From an uncultured Opitutales bacterium (GTDB lineage Bacteria > Verrucomicrobiota > Verrucomicrobiia > Opitutales > T3Sed10-336): 64,000 nt of DNA. This document shows positions 28,701 to 36,558 of the stretch, piece by piece. Both the position numbers and the translations under genes were made by a program. How positions within the stretch are numbered: the stretch's first letter is position 1; each line of letters opens with the position of its first letter. The DNA lies in assembly GCA_964645585.1 (NCBI GenBank), contig CAZYAN010000007.1, positions 6,297-70,296 of the forward strand, written 5' to 3'. Under the pieces are notes generated by a model that made no database searches, was not told where the DNA came from, and was given only the letters and a program-made list of their open reading frames with translations.

Positions 28701-31700
28701 GAGTCCGGAATCTTTGATCGCCGCGACAATGGCGTTACGAACTGCGATCCGGTCGTCACCCGACGCTCCAGGCGTTGGAATGGCGATGTTGCCCGGATCG
28801 GCGTCTGGATACCCCGGGCCTACGAACTGGAAGATCTTCGAATTCCCGGTGGCGTCACCGAGGCGGAAAGCATCGCCGGGAACCGGATTCCATCCGCCGA
28901 GATCAATCGTCTGAATGACAAGCGGACCCAGGCCCGTGCCGCTGGCAATCTCACCGACCACGCCGCGGTTAGTGTTAATCAGACGTACGACAAGGAGGTC
29001 GTCGCCGAAGACGTCCTCCAAAGGTTCGCTCGCATCCTCGGCGCGAATCGCAAGGTGGTCTGTCTGGTTAATGGCGTTGATGAGATTATCCCGCGTGAGA
29101 GCCCCGACAGGTGCCAGATCAACCGGAATAAAATCTTCATTCGAAACCGATCCGTCGAAGGTGAATTCGTAGGTGACCGGAGGATTCAAACCGTCGTCCA
29201 GCGTGAGGCGGCCGCGGTGGAAGGGATTGCGGACCTGACCCGGGACGGATGCAAGAGCGACAAAGGAATCCGGATTAGTTGCGTGGAAGTTGAAGCTGAC
29301 CGTTCCGTCGGCGGCGCCGATGATGCTCCGAAGGCGCACGGTTGGATCTTCAACGTCATCCGTCCCTTCCGCGACGAGCCACGGAATGCCGCTCCGATGA
29401 ATAGCCGCGAGCAAGTTCCCCTCGGTCGTCGCACCAGTAAATCCAAGAGGCACCGCGAAGTCGGCATCCGGACTCACATCGGCGATATCGAAGACGAACT
29501 CAAAAACCACCGCCGGATGCAGAAGATTCTCTGGATAGAAGACGAGCCGATCGCCAAAAGCCGGATTCCCGTCGTCGCCCCCGGTCATGCCGTACGCGTC
29601 AGCCCACTCCGTCAGAACGGTATTTGGCGGAGGTGGCTCTTCATCTTCCTCCTCTTCATCGAGCGGATTGATTGTGATTGGAACATTGCCAAACGCCCCA
29701 ACCCGGTTGTTCAAAAGGATAATCGCATCCCGGTCCAGCTCGGCACTGAAACCAACGCTGACGGCGAGGTCGAGATAGGAAGCTTGAATTGCCCCAATGA
29801 ACCGGTTGGTGATCTCGGCCAAGGTGATATCGTTGATCAAGTATACCCGTGCGAGACCCGGGCCGATAATTTCAAAGGGCGGGACCTGTGTAATTCCTTG
29901 ATCTTCCTCCTCGTCGGTAAGATCGCGTTCATTATCGAAGCGGAACGTCGTCGTGGTGATGCCGTCACTAATCGTAATCGAGCTGCCGTCTTCCGGAACT
30001 TCCTTCAGGGCAACGGCGCCTCGAGCCGGCGCGTCCGAATAAGTCAGGCCAAAGGTGTAATCGGTGCCGTCCGCGAGAATAGTCGCCGGAAGGGGGGCAA
30101 AAGGAATGCCAAGGGCGTTAATGGCCCGAATCAAGTTGCCTCGCGTTTCCTCAGGAGTCAGCCCGATCCGAACAAACTGCGGATTTAACGGATTGAACTG
30201 AGGTCCTTCATCGACAAAGACAAAAGTAGCTTCAACGTAGTCCGGATCGTCCTCATCTTCGCCACGGACAAACGTATACGAGGTTCCGTGTACTGGATTC
30301 ACCATCAAGGGAGGCAAGAGATAATCCGGGAGTGCCGGCATATAATCGGCGTCGAATTCATGATAGCCTAAGCCTTCGAACACCTCTAAAAGATTTTTGC
30401 TGGTGCCCTTCGGGGTGTTGCCGATCTGAACCCCAATGATCCGTGAATCGACATCGGTCGGATCAGAGTCACCGGATGCAAAGAACTCAATCGTGACAGG
30501 CGCCGTCCGCCCATGATCGATCTCGAGCTGGTCACCCGATTCCACTCGCGCGACAGGTTCACCCGCGCCGTCCATGCCTTCAGCCACCAAATTCGGCGCG
30601 TCAACCACGTTGATCGGCTGATTCGCGGCCGGCGGACCGAATTCCAGGTTGGTCAGGACGATCGCGTAACCGACAGCCTGGCCGTCGACACCGATATTAT
30701 CCGCGGGGGTGGCAAGGATCGTTCCCGGGTCCTCGCCGACCATCCCGAACGCCTTGTTGACAGCAGCCAGGAGTTCGTCGCGGGTTGTGCCCGCATCGCC
30801 CGTGATGATCACCTGAATGTTGCCGGCGCCAACACCGTCCGGGTTCGGCCCGTCGAACTCAAAGCGGGCTGAGTTAACACCGTCTCGGATCTCGACGATT
30901 TCCCCATCGACGGGATTATTGAGAAATCCAATCGCTCCTGTGGCCAAATCGTTCGATGCAAAGGTAATTGTTCCAAAGCCGGGCGTATTTTCGTTCCAGC
31001 TTACCGTGGCTTCCGCAGCGCGGCCCGGGAGAAGAATCGCCCCCTCGGCCGCCTTTGACGACAGCTGCGTCGCCTCGGAATGAAAGACGACGTAACGGCC
31101 GTCGTGACTCAGGTCGGAAGCATGGCTGTCACCGTCCGCAAAGAGAACATTTCCATTGGCGTCGTACGAGACACTCAGGCGCCGGGTCGCGATTCCGCCC
31201 GGCTCGTCAAAGACAGGTACCAAAACTTCCTCCTGGTTCTCATTGAGAACGGTCTGATAAGTCTCGTTGGCGTTGCGGTCGTGAACATAGATCTCCCACA
31301 AACCAGTCGGACTGTCGGAGGTCAGGTTTGTCGCGCGCGATTCAAAGGTGATATGGCGTCCATTCGCGCTAATCCGCGGAAATCGACTATGACCGCCGCG
31401 CGCTTCCATTCCATCACTCGTAACATTGACGCGCCGCACCAGCTTCCCGGCCTGCGCGTCGTACAGAAAGATATCAGCCACTCCGTTGATATCGTCGCCG
31501 GTAAGGTTGGTTGCTTCCGACTCGAACACGATCCAGCGACCGTCAGCGCTGATCGAAGCGTTTTGACTGTTCTGATTTCCCTGAGCGCCGTTGATTCCGA
31601 CGCTGACGCGGCGGAGCGACCCAGTGTGCCGGTCTTTCAGGAAGACATCCGTGCTTCCGTTCGAATCACCGGGAACCAGATTCGTCGCATCTGAATGAAA

Positions 31701-32537
31701 AACAACCCACCGGCCATCACCGCTGATTCGAGGGCGAAAGCTCGGTCCATTCGCATCGGTGCCGCCCATCGGAACACTGATTCGCTCAATCTCGCCGGTC
31801 CAGTGGTCCTTAACAAAGATGTCGTAGAAATTGTTTCCGATCACACCGATCGGGTTGTCATCGTCGTCGGTGATCGGTTCGCCGTTCTCGTCGAACTGAA
31901 TCCCGAGCAGAGTCGTGGAATCCGAAGCGAAGGCCACAAAACGGCCATCGTCGCTGATCGAAGCCTGCTCACTGTTGCGGTTTCCCTGAACTCCAGATTC
32001 GGCGACACTGATGAGTTCGGTTTCCGGGTGCGTCGCCGGCGCCAAGGTAATTCTCGCCGTCGCAACGTCTGACTCAAATGCCAGCCGGGATGGCGGCGTA
32101 GTCATTGCGGGCGTGGAGGTCGGGTGGCAGGTGGTAACTTCGGCGTTTACGAAAAACGTGCCAGGAAGATTGCCCGGCATCATTTGCGTCCAGGTGTGAA
32201 CAACGGTTTGTCCCGGCCCGATTGAACCGACCAGATAATGCAGCAAATGGTCGTTGCTGTCCCGCCAAACGGTATCGGGGGTCAGATGAACCTGGACATC
32301 GTAGCAAGCCGGATCCGCGTCCAGATCGGCGGTCGTATTCGTCACGGCGAGCATGATTGGAACCGGATCGCCTGGATAGTAGGTCCCCTCCTCCACTTCC
32401 AAGGCGGTAATGACGAGAAAGCCGCCAAATGCTTGCGGGACCGCCGCGAAACACACCATCGCCGCGCCGAGCAGCCATCGCGCGAAGGTTTTTTCCACAA
32501 TTGTTCGCCCCAAAAAGTTTAAGTGGTTTGCCATCAT
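25752..32537 (-). CDS. 2261-aa secreted giant protein. Order: CARDB-like domain, PD40/TolB-like repeats, seven copies of an unassigned ~110-130 aa module, more PD40 repeats, three Ig-like domains, a DUF4214-like region, then Trp-rich C-terminal repeats.
   Basis: Signal peptide WLLGAAMVCFAAVPQAFG. PD40-type motifs include ISGDGRWVVFHSDATNLVPGDSNGSTDVFLKD and ISADGRWIVFESEATNL. The C-terminus has GWIVHKEHDWLYF, GAWVWDNIQRDWLWT and RWIFY. The 6.8-kb frame is uninterrupted, with G/C-biased third codon positions. Confidence 0.9.
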   Translation of the reverse strand: MMANHLNFLGRTIVEKTFARWLLGAAMVCFAAVPQAFGGFLVITALEVEEGTYYPGDPVPIMLAVTNTTADLDADPACYDVQVHLTPDTVWRDSNDHLLHYLVGSIGPGQTVVHTWTQMMPGNLPGTFFVNAEVTTCHPTSTPAMTTPPSRLAFESDVATARITLAPATHPETELISVAESGVQGNRNSEQASISDDGRFVAFASDSTTLLGIQFDENGEPITDDDDNPIGVIGNNFYDIFVKDHWTGEIERISVPMGGTDANGPSFRPRISGDGRWVVFHSDATNLVPGDSNGSTDVFLKDRHTGSLRRVSVGINGAQGNQNSQNASISADGRWIVFESEATNLTGDDINGVADIFLYDAQAGKLVRRVNVTSDGMEARGGHSRFPRISANGRHITFESRATNLTSDSPTGLWEIYVHDRNANETYQTVLNENQEEVLVPVFDEPGGIATRRLSVSYDANGNVLFADGDSHASDLSHDGRYVVFHSEATQLSSKAAEGAILLPGRAAEATVSWNENTPGFGTITFASNDLATGAIGFLNNPVDGEIVEIRDGVNSARFEFDGPNPDGVGAGNIQVIITGDAGTTRDELLAAVNKAFGMVGEDPGTILATPADNIGVDGQAVGYAIVLTNLEFGPPAANQPINVVDAPNLVAEGMDGAGEPVARVESGDQLEIDHGRTAPVTIEFFASGDSDPTDVDSRIIGVQIGNTPKGTSKNLLEVFEGLGYHEFDADYMPALPDYLLPPLMVNPVHGTSYTFVRGEDEDDPDYVEATFVFVDEGPQFNPLNPQFVRIGLTPEETRGNLIRAINALGIPFAPLPATILADGTDYTFGLTYSDAPARGAVALKEVPEDGSSITISDGITTTTFRFDNERDLTDEEEDQGITQVPPFEIIGPGLARVYLINDITLAEITNRFIGAIQASYLDLAVSVGFSAELDRDAIILLNNRVGAFGNVPITINPLDEEEEDEEPPPPNTVLTEWADAYGMTGGDDGNPAFGDRLVFYPENLLHPAVVFEFVFDIADVSPDADFAVPLGFTGATTEGNLLAAIHRSGIPWLVAEGTDDVEDPTVRLRSIIGAADGTVSFNFHATNPDSFVALASVPGQVRNPFHRGRLTLDDGLNPPVTYEFTFDGSVSNEDFIPVDLAPVGALTRDNLINAINQTDHLAIRAEDASEPLEDVFGDDLLVVRLINTNRGVVGEIASGTGLGPLVIQTIDLGGWNPVPGDAFRLGDATGNSKIFQFVGPGYPDADPGNIAIPTPGASGDDRIAVRNAIVAAIKDSGLKIRVTEGVENGAPAVFLVQEIPGPAGNVPIVVLSENPSFTVRGMSGGAFLGNGFSQVYLVDRDSNGNGVFDEPGELRLELISITEGGLPGNESSMEPAISGDGKFVAFRTMANDLQPRTIVRSDGQVFPNRNDPLALESDEIVNFTDVDSFSDVYVRDRETGVNTRVSVNRFGENGVGGRVWIVQGAPRSSRGAAINFDGRYIAFESDEEPVITTHRGGKGDAQIILGGLAHTFTNRNPIDDNHRRDVFLHDRRFDTILEPLPGLVEVSLPDVVYDDDPLTVDTLTTGVPVDIIADVSGLEPGREVSLVAFFANGSLIDVATQPAIRHTNRFVARWAPPLPTTYHITAVAIDTRGRELPMSDVLEISATRTQGISPVIDVINPPIEDELVPDNAFVLTNRSLWPFVAGVASGNHTVAEVEFFIRELTPVEVEENTITGNLGGVSMGKAVAEPTADNVPASTWRLNFDFANSPLAPSGLPPGYYAVRAVSRDTQGNHFSSQALPILVMAGVFDRPTVRLTSNRREFNREEFTRFRAQVDSAQGQIDVNGEVWLFASGSFVDYPDFNNPDTERPYEWEGLALFTGVWNFYAVARDSTGNTSMSNVIQIVIHPSGHVVRNPADPNEHEAFISLAFDALLGDDVMPSTQLRRHYLRLLESGQWTRGHLIRELMTGYPEFQNVPWVIATYLTLTDSYPTRDELRDGLFTLDEGDEGGQDPEDEPDLGPSVPLFLPALVSEVLQSDTFLIKHRRRADVMTDEELLKAVYEGKTHPETQRRLTELRNEGRSGYFARITAEKFDGYLGLARRAAVILLMLNREVIPGEVNQLPDSIIAASNILFGRPDFTEQYSDSYLKPMFVPPSSVSTMYSQRSLWLGDYYDRHFNYAGDSGWIVHKEHDWLYFGPTSVVTDENGAVIGAWVWDNIQRDWLWTTPQNYSNYSPAGALLYSHNDQRWIFYRHGGTPAKRQFQWFNSAAGTWSPIYDVAR

Positions 32538-32753
32538 GTTCTTGTGTTATAAATTCTATCTGCGCCCGCGCGCCCCTCAAAGGAGCCTCCTCCTTTTTCC
32601 CGAAAAAGAAGAGCTTGTATTCCTCGTTGAAGCTTTTCGGCTGTCAACGCCTTTTTTGGGCCTCCGCCCCAAGCGCGACGTGCTGGACTGAGAGGATTCT
32701 GAAATGAGAAAGATTGGTTGATCGGACTCTGACAGGCCATAAGACAGGGAACG

Positions 32754-35700
32754 CTATTCGACATGCTGCACGCGCAGTCGGAGGAAGTAGCGTTCACCGC
32801 TGTGAGACGCTGCATGAGCGGGACGGAGTCGGACTTTCTGCAGGGTGCCTTCCGGTTCGCCCACGGCCAGGATGTCAGACTCGACTGCCGTCCAAGTGTT
32901 CAAATCAACTGAGGATTCGAGCTGATAATCGATCGCGGCGGAATCGAGCGGAATGTAAAACTCCAGCGCCGGAATCTGACTTCCTGTGGCGCCAGCCTCA
33001 GAGCCGCCATCCATCGCGATGCGAATGCTTGTCGGGTTCTCCATCACCAATTTCGGCAAGGCCGCAGCAGGATTCTCAAACCGGTCAAGCCCAAGCGCGT
33101 AGCGCAGAAGGACATTGGCAGAGCTGTCTGCTCCGGATGACAAGACGTATTCCTCGAAGGAGACAACCGGCGGAAGCACGGCGACAATGCCCGAGTGAGA
33201 AACAGCCTCGCCAGCGGTGTTCTCTACGATGACCGTGTAATTTCCTGCATCGGCCTCCTGCACATTCGAAAGAGACAGAGTCGGCCCGGTTTTTCCGGGA
33301 AGGGGAACGCCGTCCTTGTGCCATTGAGCGGCCACCGGGTAGGTGCCGACCCATTCCGCACGCAGCGTCACACTGCCGCCTGCGCGAGTAACAGCAGATT
33401 CCGGATGCAGCACGAATTCGGGCGCAACAATTTCGCCGTCCACCTGAATCGTCACCGGCAGGGTCTCAGCTATCCCGTGGCTGTTGCGAACATAACCGAC
33501 ATACATCCCGGCGTCGCTGTCCTGGATATTGTCTAAAGTCAGGGTCGCGCCGGGGATATACTTGTTTCCCTTCCTCCAGAAGTATTCCAGGCCAGGCCCC
33601 CGGGCCTGATAGTCGAGCGTGATGCTGTCGCCGCGGACAAAGGCGAGGGTTCCCCAATGCGATTGCCCCACAATCAACGGATGGACGGATTCGAAATTAA
33701 CCGCCCGCAATCGCAGAAGATCTTCGCCGACGCTGTTGCCGCTGTCCTTCTTGTAAATCCAGGTCAACTGATGCGTGCCGGCAGGCAGCTCATATTGTCT
33801 CGGAAGCCATCCGCTGGCGCCGGAAAGGGGGTCGCCTTGCAGGACTCCGTTGATCCGAAACTCGCCGAAATCGTAGTCCTTTTCCGAAGAAGCGTTCCAC
33901 TCAAACGTCAGCCTGCCGGGGCCGGTGACCATCGCGGCGAGTTCAGAAAATTCCCCGTGGCTGACAGCCCCGCTCCTGGCCCCGTTTTCGCCATCGGGCA
34001 CCCAGCCAGCTGCACCGCCGGTTTGCCAGGCAAGATACGGAGCGCCGAGCGCGGTGCCCAATGCACCGCCAATTTCACTCGGTGATACGTGCCGCACCTC
34101 ACCCATGGAAGTGCTTGTTCCAAAGGCGCTGGTTATTTCGAAGCGGTAATTCCCCGGTTGGGCGGCCTCGAAGTCGAAGGCGAGCGGACCGGTTGGATCG
34201 GTTGCCAAGGTGCCGGAGGAAGCCTCAACTCCATTGTAGAACCAGCGATAGGCATCGCCCGCGCTCAGACCGGAGTGGCTGACCTTTACCTGCAAGTGGA
34301 CGGGGCCGCCCATTACGATTTCAAGATTCTCGTCGAGCGGCTGATAAATGAGCGGTGCCGGATCCAAGGCACGCGCCAGGTTCGCGCGGCGGCCCTTCTG
34401 ACCCAAGCCCGCCAGTTGAGGCTCGACATCCGCCCGTTGGAGCAGGCGCTGGATGAGCACAAAATAGGGCTCATCCGGATATTCAGCCTTCAAGACGGCG
34501 TACAGCCCGGCGACGTGCGGCGAAGCCATTGAGGTTCCGCTGAGAATTGCATACGTGTCGATACCGAACGCATAGGTAGAAACGATGTCGGTGCCGGGTG
34601 CGAAGATTTGCACGTTCTCGCGACCGTAATTGCTCCCGATGTCGACATCGATCACGGGATCCCATGGCAAAAAGGGAATCAGGCGGAACCTTTGCCAGAT
34701 CGAACGGTTGCCGCTGGGCTCCATGGAGCCGACATTGACAATATTGTCGGTCAGGTTCTGATAGCTGGGCGGATAATCGGGATAGATGTCGACATCCTCG
34801 CTCTCATTGCCGGCAGCAGTTACAAAGATGGCACCGGCGTTCCGCGAGCGCTGGATCGCGCTGCTCAGGGCATTTGAGGGCCCCATCCCTCCAAACCAGC
34901 GACCATAGGCGTCGAATCCCCAACTGTTGTTGAGAATGTGCGCCCCGTTCTGCCAGGCGTAATCGATACCTGGAATCGAGTCAGAGAGAACCCCGCCGCC
35001 AAAAGCATTGAGGAATTGGATCGCCATGATTTTGACATCCCAGGCGACACCGGCGACACCGACACTGTTGTTGCCGATCGCTCCGATCGTACCGGCGACG
35101 TGCGTGCCGTGGCCGTTGAGGTCCATTGGGTCGCCGTCGCGGTATTCCAGGCTGATCCCGTGGATGTCATCGACATAGCCATTGCCATCGTCATCGTGGA
35201 AGTTTCCCGAGGTCTCATTGGGATTGATCCACATGTTTTCCACGAGATCGACATGCCGGTAATTCACGCCGGAATCGAGAACTGCGACGATGACGTAGTT
35301 TTTCTTCCCGACCTTTCCCGGCTCCGCTGCACCGCGCCAGAAACCGGCGCCAGGAGTGAGCTCTAAATTCTCTTCGGAAACCCCATTCGCGAGCTGGCGC
35401 TGGCGTTGCAGCTCAATCTGTTTTGCCCAGCCATCGACGGCTTTAATATCCTTGCCGGGTACTCCGCCAGCTTGCCCGGTGTTCCGCATGCCCCACAGCA
35501 TATCAAAAAGCGGATCGTTCGGAATCGGCTCATGCGATCGGGCGGCAACGACGAAATCCGGTTCGGCGTATTCGACCCAGGCGAGGTCGCGCGAGAGGGT
35601 ATCGACAACCTCCGAAACCTGATCCGCCTGCTCCAGTTCAAAACCGAGAACATAAAGGCCGTCAGCACCCACCTCACGGCGAATGGTGAAACCGCGCTCA

Positions 35701-36239
35701 GAGAGTGCATCCTGCCAATTCGCCGGTGCGCGATCCGTATCGATCTGAGCGAGAACATGGTCCGCAACCATCGACCGGTACCCGATCACTTCTTCCTCGC
35801 CGGATTTTGGATTCGGGTGGAGAAGTTCAACTGTTTGCAGCAGCGGGTAATGAAAGTCGGTTTTCAGAACGCGCGCCCTGCGGATCCCGTCCGGTCCCGG
35901 TGTCTCCCGCTCAAACAAAACCTGATCAACTTGTGAAATGCCCGCTGGCAGCCTCGCCAACTCCACACCCGAAAAATTCTTGGGAATGACCCTCCGCGGA
36001 CGGACAATATTTTCCGGCTGATCAACCTGCTCGGCGAGATCCGGCACGTCTGCCTCGACATACTCGGCATCAGCCAAAGCCCGCATCCGATCTTCACGCG
36101 TCGGCTTCCGCACGTCGCTTGCGGCACCCGGAACTTCCGCGACCGGCTCCTCGCGCGCCCGGTCTTTTTCGCCCCAATTCAGCAGGAAGGCAAGAGAGAG
36201 GATCAGGGGAACCGTGAGGAGGAATATCCGTTTCTTCAT
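32754..36239 (-). CDS. 1161-aa secreted subtilisin-like (S8) serine protease with C-terminal Ig-like (I-set type) domains and the shared CTD.
   Basis: Catalytic Asp in VAVLDSGV (35274-35276), His in HGTHVAGTIG (35109-35111) and Ser in SGTSMASPHVAG (34530-34532). Ig motifs LTLDNIQDSDAGMYVGYV and LSLSNVQEADAGNYTVIV. The CTD reads NVLLRYALG...SSVDLNTW...RYFLRLRV. The start is trimmed to MKKRIFLL (36239). Confidence 0.92.
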   Translation of the reverse strand: MKKRIFLLTVPLILSLAFLLNWGEKDRAREEPVAEVPGAASDVRKPTREDRMRALADAEYVEADVPDLAEQVDQPENIVRPRRVIPKNFSGVELARLPAGISQVDQVLFERETPGPDGIRRARVLKTDFHYPLLQTVELLHPNPKSGEEEVIGYRSMVADHVLAQIDTDRAPANWQDALSERGFTIRREVGADGLYVLGFELEQADQVSEVVDTLSRDLAWVEYAEPDFVVAARSHEPIPNDPLFDMLWGMRNTGQAGGVPGKDIKAVDGWAKQIELQRQRQLANGVSEENLELTPGAGFWRGAAEPGKVGKKNYVIVAVLDSGVNYRHVDLVENMWINPNETSGNFHDDDGNGYVDDIHGISLEYRDGDPMDLNGHGTHVAGTIGAIGNNSVGVAGVAWDVKIMAIQFLNAFGGGVLSDSIPGIDYAWQNGAHILNNSWGFDAYGRWFGGMGPSNALSSAIQRSRNAGAIFVTAAGNESEDVDIYPDYPPSYQNLTDNIVNVGSMEPSGNRSIWQRFRLIPFLPWDPVIDVDIGSNYGRENVQIFAPGTDIVSTYAFGIDTYAILSGTSMASPHVAGLYAVLKAEYPDEPYFVLIQRLLQRADVEPQLAGLGQKGRRANLARALDPAPLIYQPLDENLEIVMGGPVHLQVKVSHSGLSAGDAYRWFYNGVEASSGTLATDPTGPLAFDFEAAQPGNYRFEITSAFGTSTSMGEVRHVSPSEIGGALGTALGAPYLAWQTGGAAGWVPDGENGARSGAVSHGEFSELAAMVTGPGRLTFEWNASSEKDYDFGEFRINGVLQGDPLSGASGWLPRQYELPAGTHQLTWIYKKDSGNSVGEDLLRLRAVNFESVHPLIVGQSHWGTLAFVRGDSITLDYQARGPGLEYFWRKGNKYIPGATLTLDNIQDSDAGMYVGYVRNSHGIAETLPVTIQVDGEIVAPEFVLHPESAVTRAGGSVTLRAEWVGTYPVAAQWHKDGVPLPGKTGPTLSLSNVQEADAGNYTVIVENTAGEAVSHSGIVAVLPPVVSFEEYVLSSGADSSANVLLRYALGLDRFENPAAALPKLVMENPTSIRIAMDGGSEAGATGSQIPALEFYIPLDSAAIDYQLESSVDLNTWTAVESDILAVGEPEGTLQKVRLRPAHAASHSGERYFLRLRVQHVE

Positions 36240-36497
36240 ACGACAGGACAACGTTCCGGAACGGCTGGCCGACACCACGCCGACTCGACCGCACACGGGC
36301 CATTGATGTTGGTTAAGAAAAACTGCAAATGGTTAGTATAAAATGTGTTACAGGACAGCAAATGGCGGCTGCCAACAGGGCCCTGCGAATTGCTGCCCAT
36401 AACGCCCAAGAAAAACTCGGGTGTCAAGAGTTTGCTCGGAAAATTTCCCGCCTCGATCGCCTCTCATTGGCTTATGTATGCGGAAAGAAAACGGGTT

Positions 36498-36538
36498 AAA
36501 GCAAAAAGCTCCGGCGGATTTTTCTCCTCCGCCGGAGC
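36498..36538 (-). terminator. Rho-independent terminator after the 1893-aa gene
   Basis: Perfect 11-bp stem GCTCCGGCGGA / TCCGCCGGAGC (36508-36518 / 36528-36538) with a 9-nt loop. On the minus strand it is followed by TTTTTGCTTT. It begins 20 nt after the stop codon. Confidence 0.72.
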
Positions 36539-36558
36539 CCTTGTCTACAGCAAAACGA

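Noticed and set aside
27948-30188. 746-aa plus-strand ORF inside the 2261-aa gene, with similar antisense ORFs at 26022..26816, 31080..31694, 40411..41181, 43083..44066 and 45225..46616.
   Set aside because: These are antisense shadow frames of long GC-rich genes. They are Arg/Pro/Gly-rich with no motifs, while the opposite strand carries coherent domain architecture and signal peptides.
32538-32753. A terminator between the S8 gene and the 2261-aa gene.
   Set aside because: Only imperfect or short stems were found (GGGC-GGAG-GCCC followed by an A-run, and a bulged CCGAAA...TTTCGG stem). None has a hairpin plus U-tract in the minus-strand direction.
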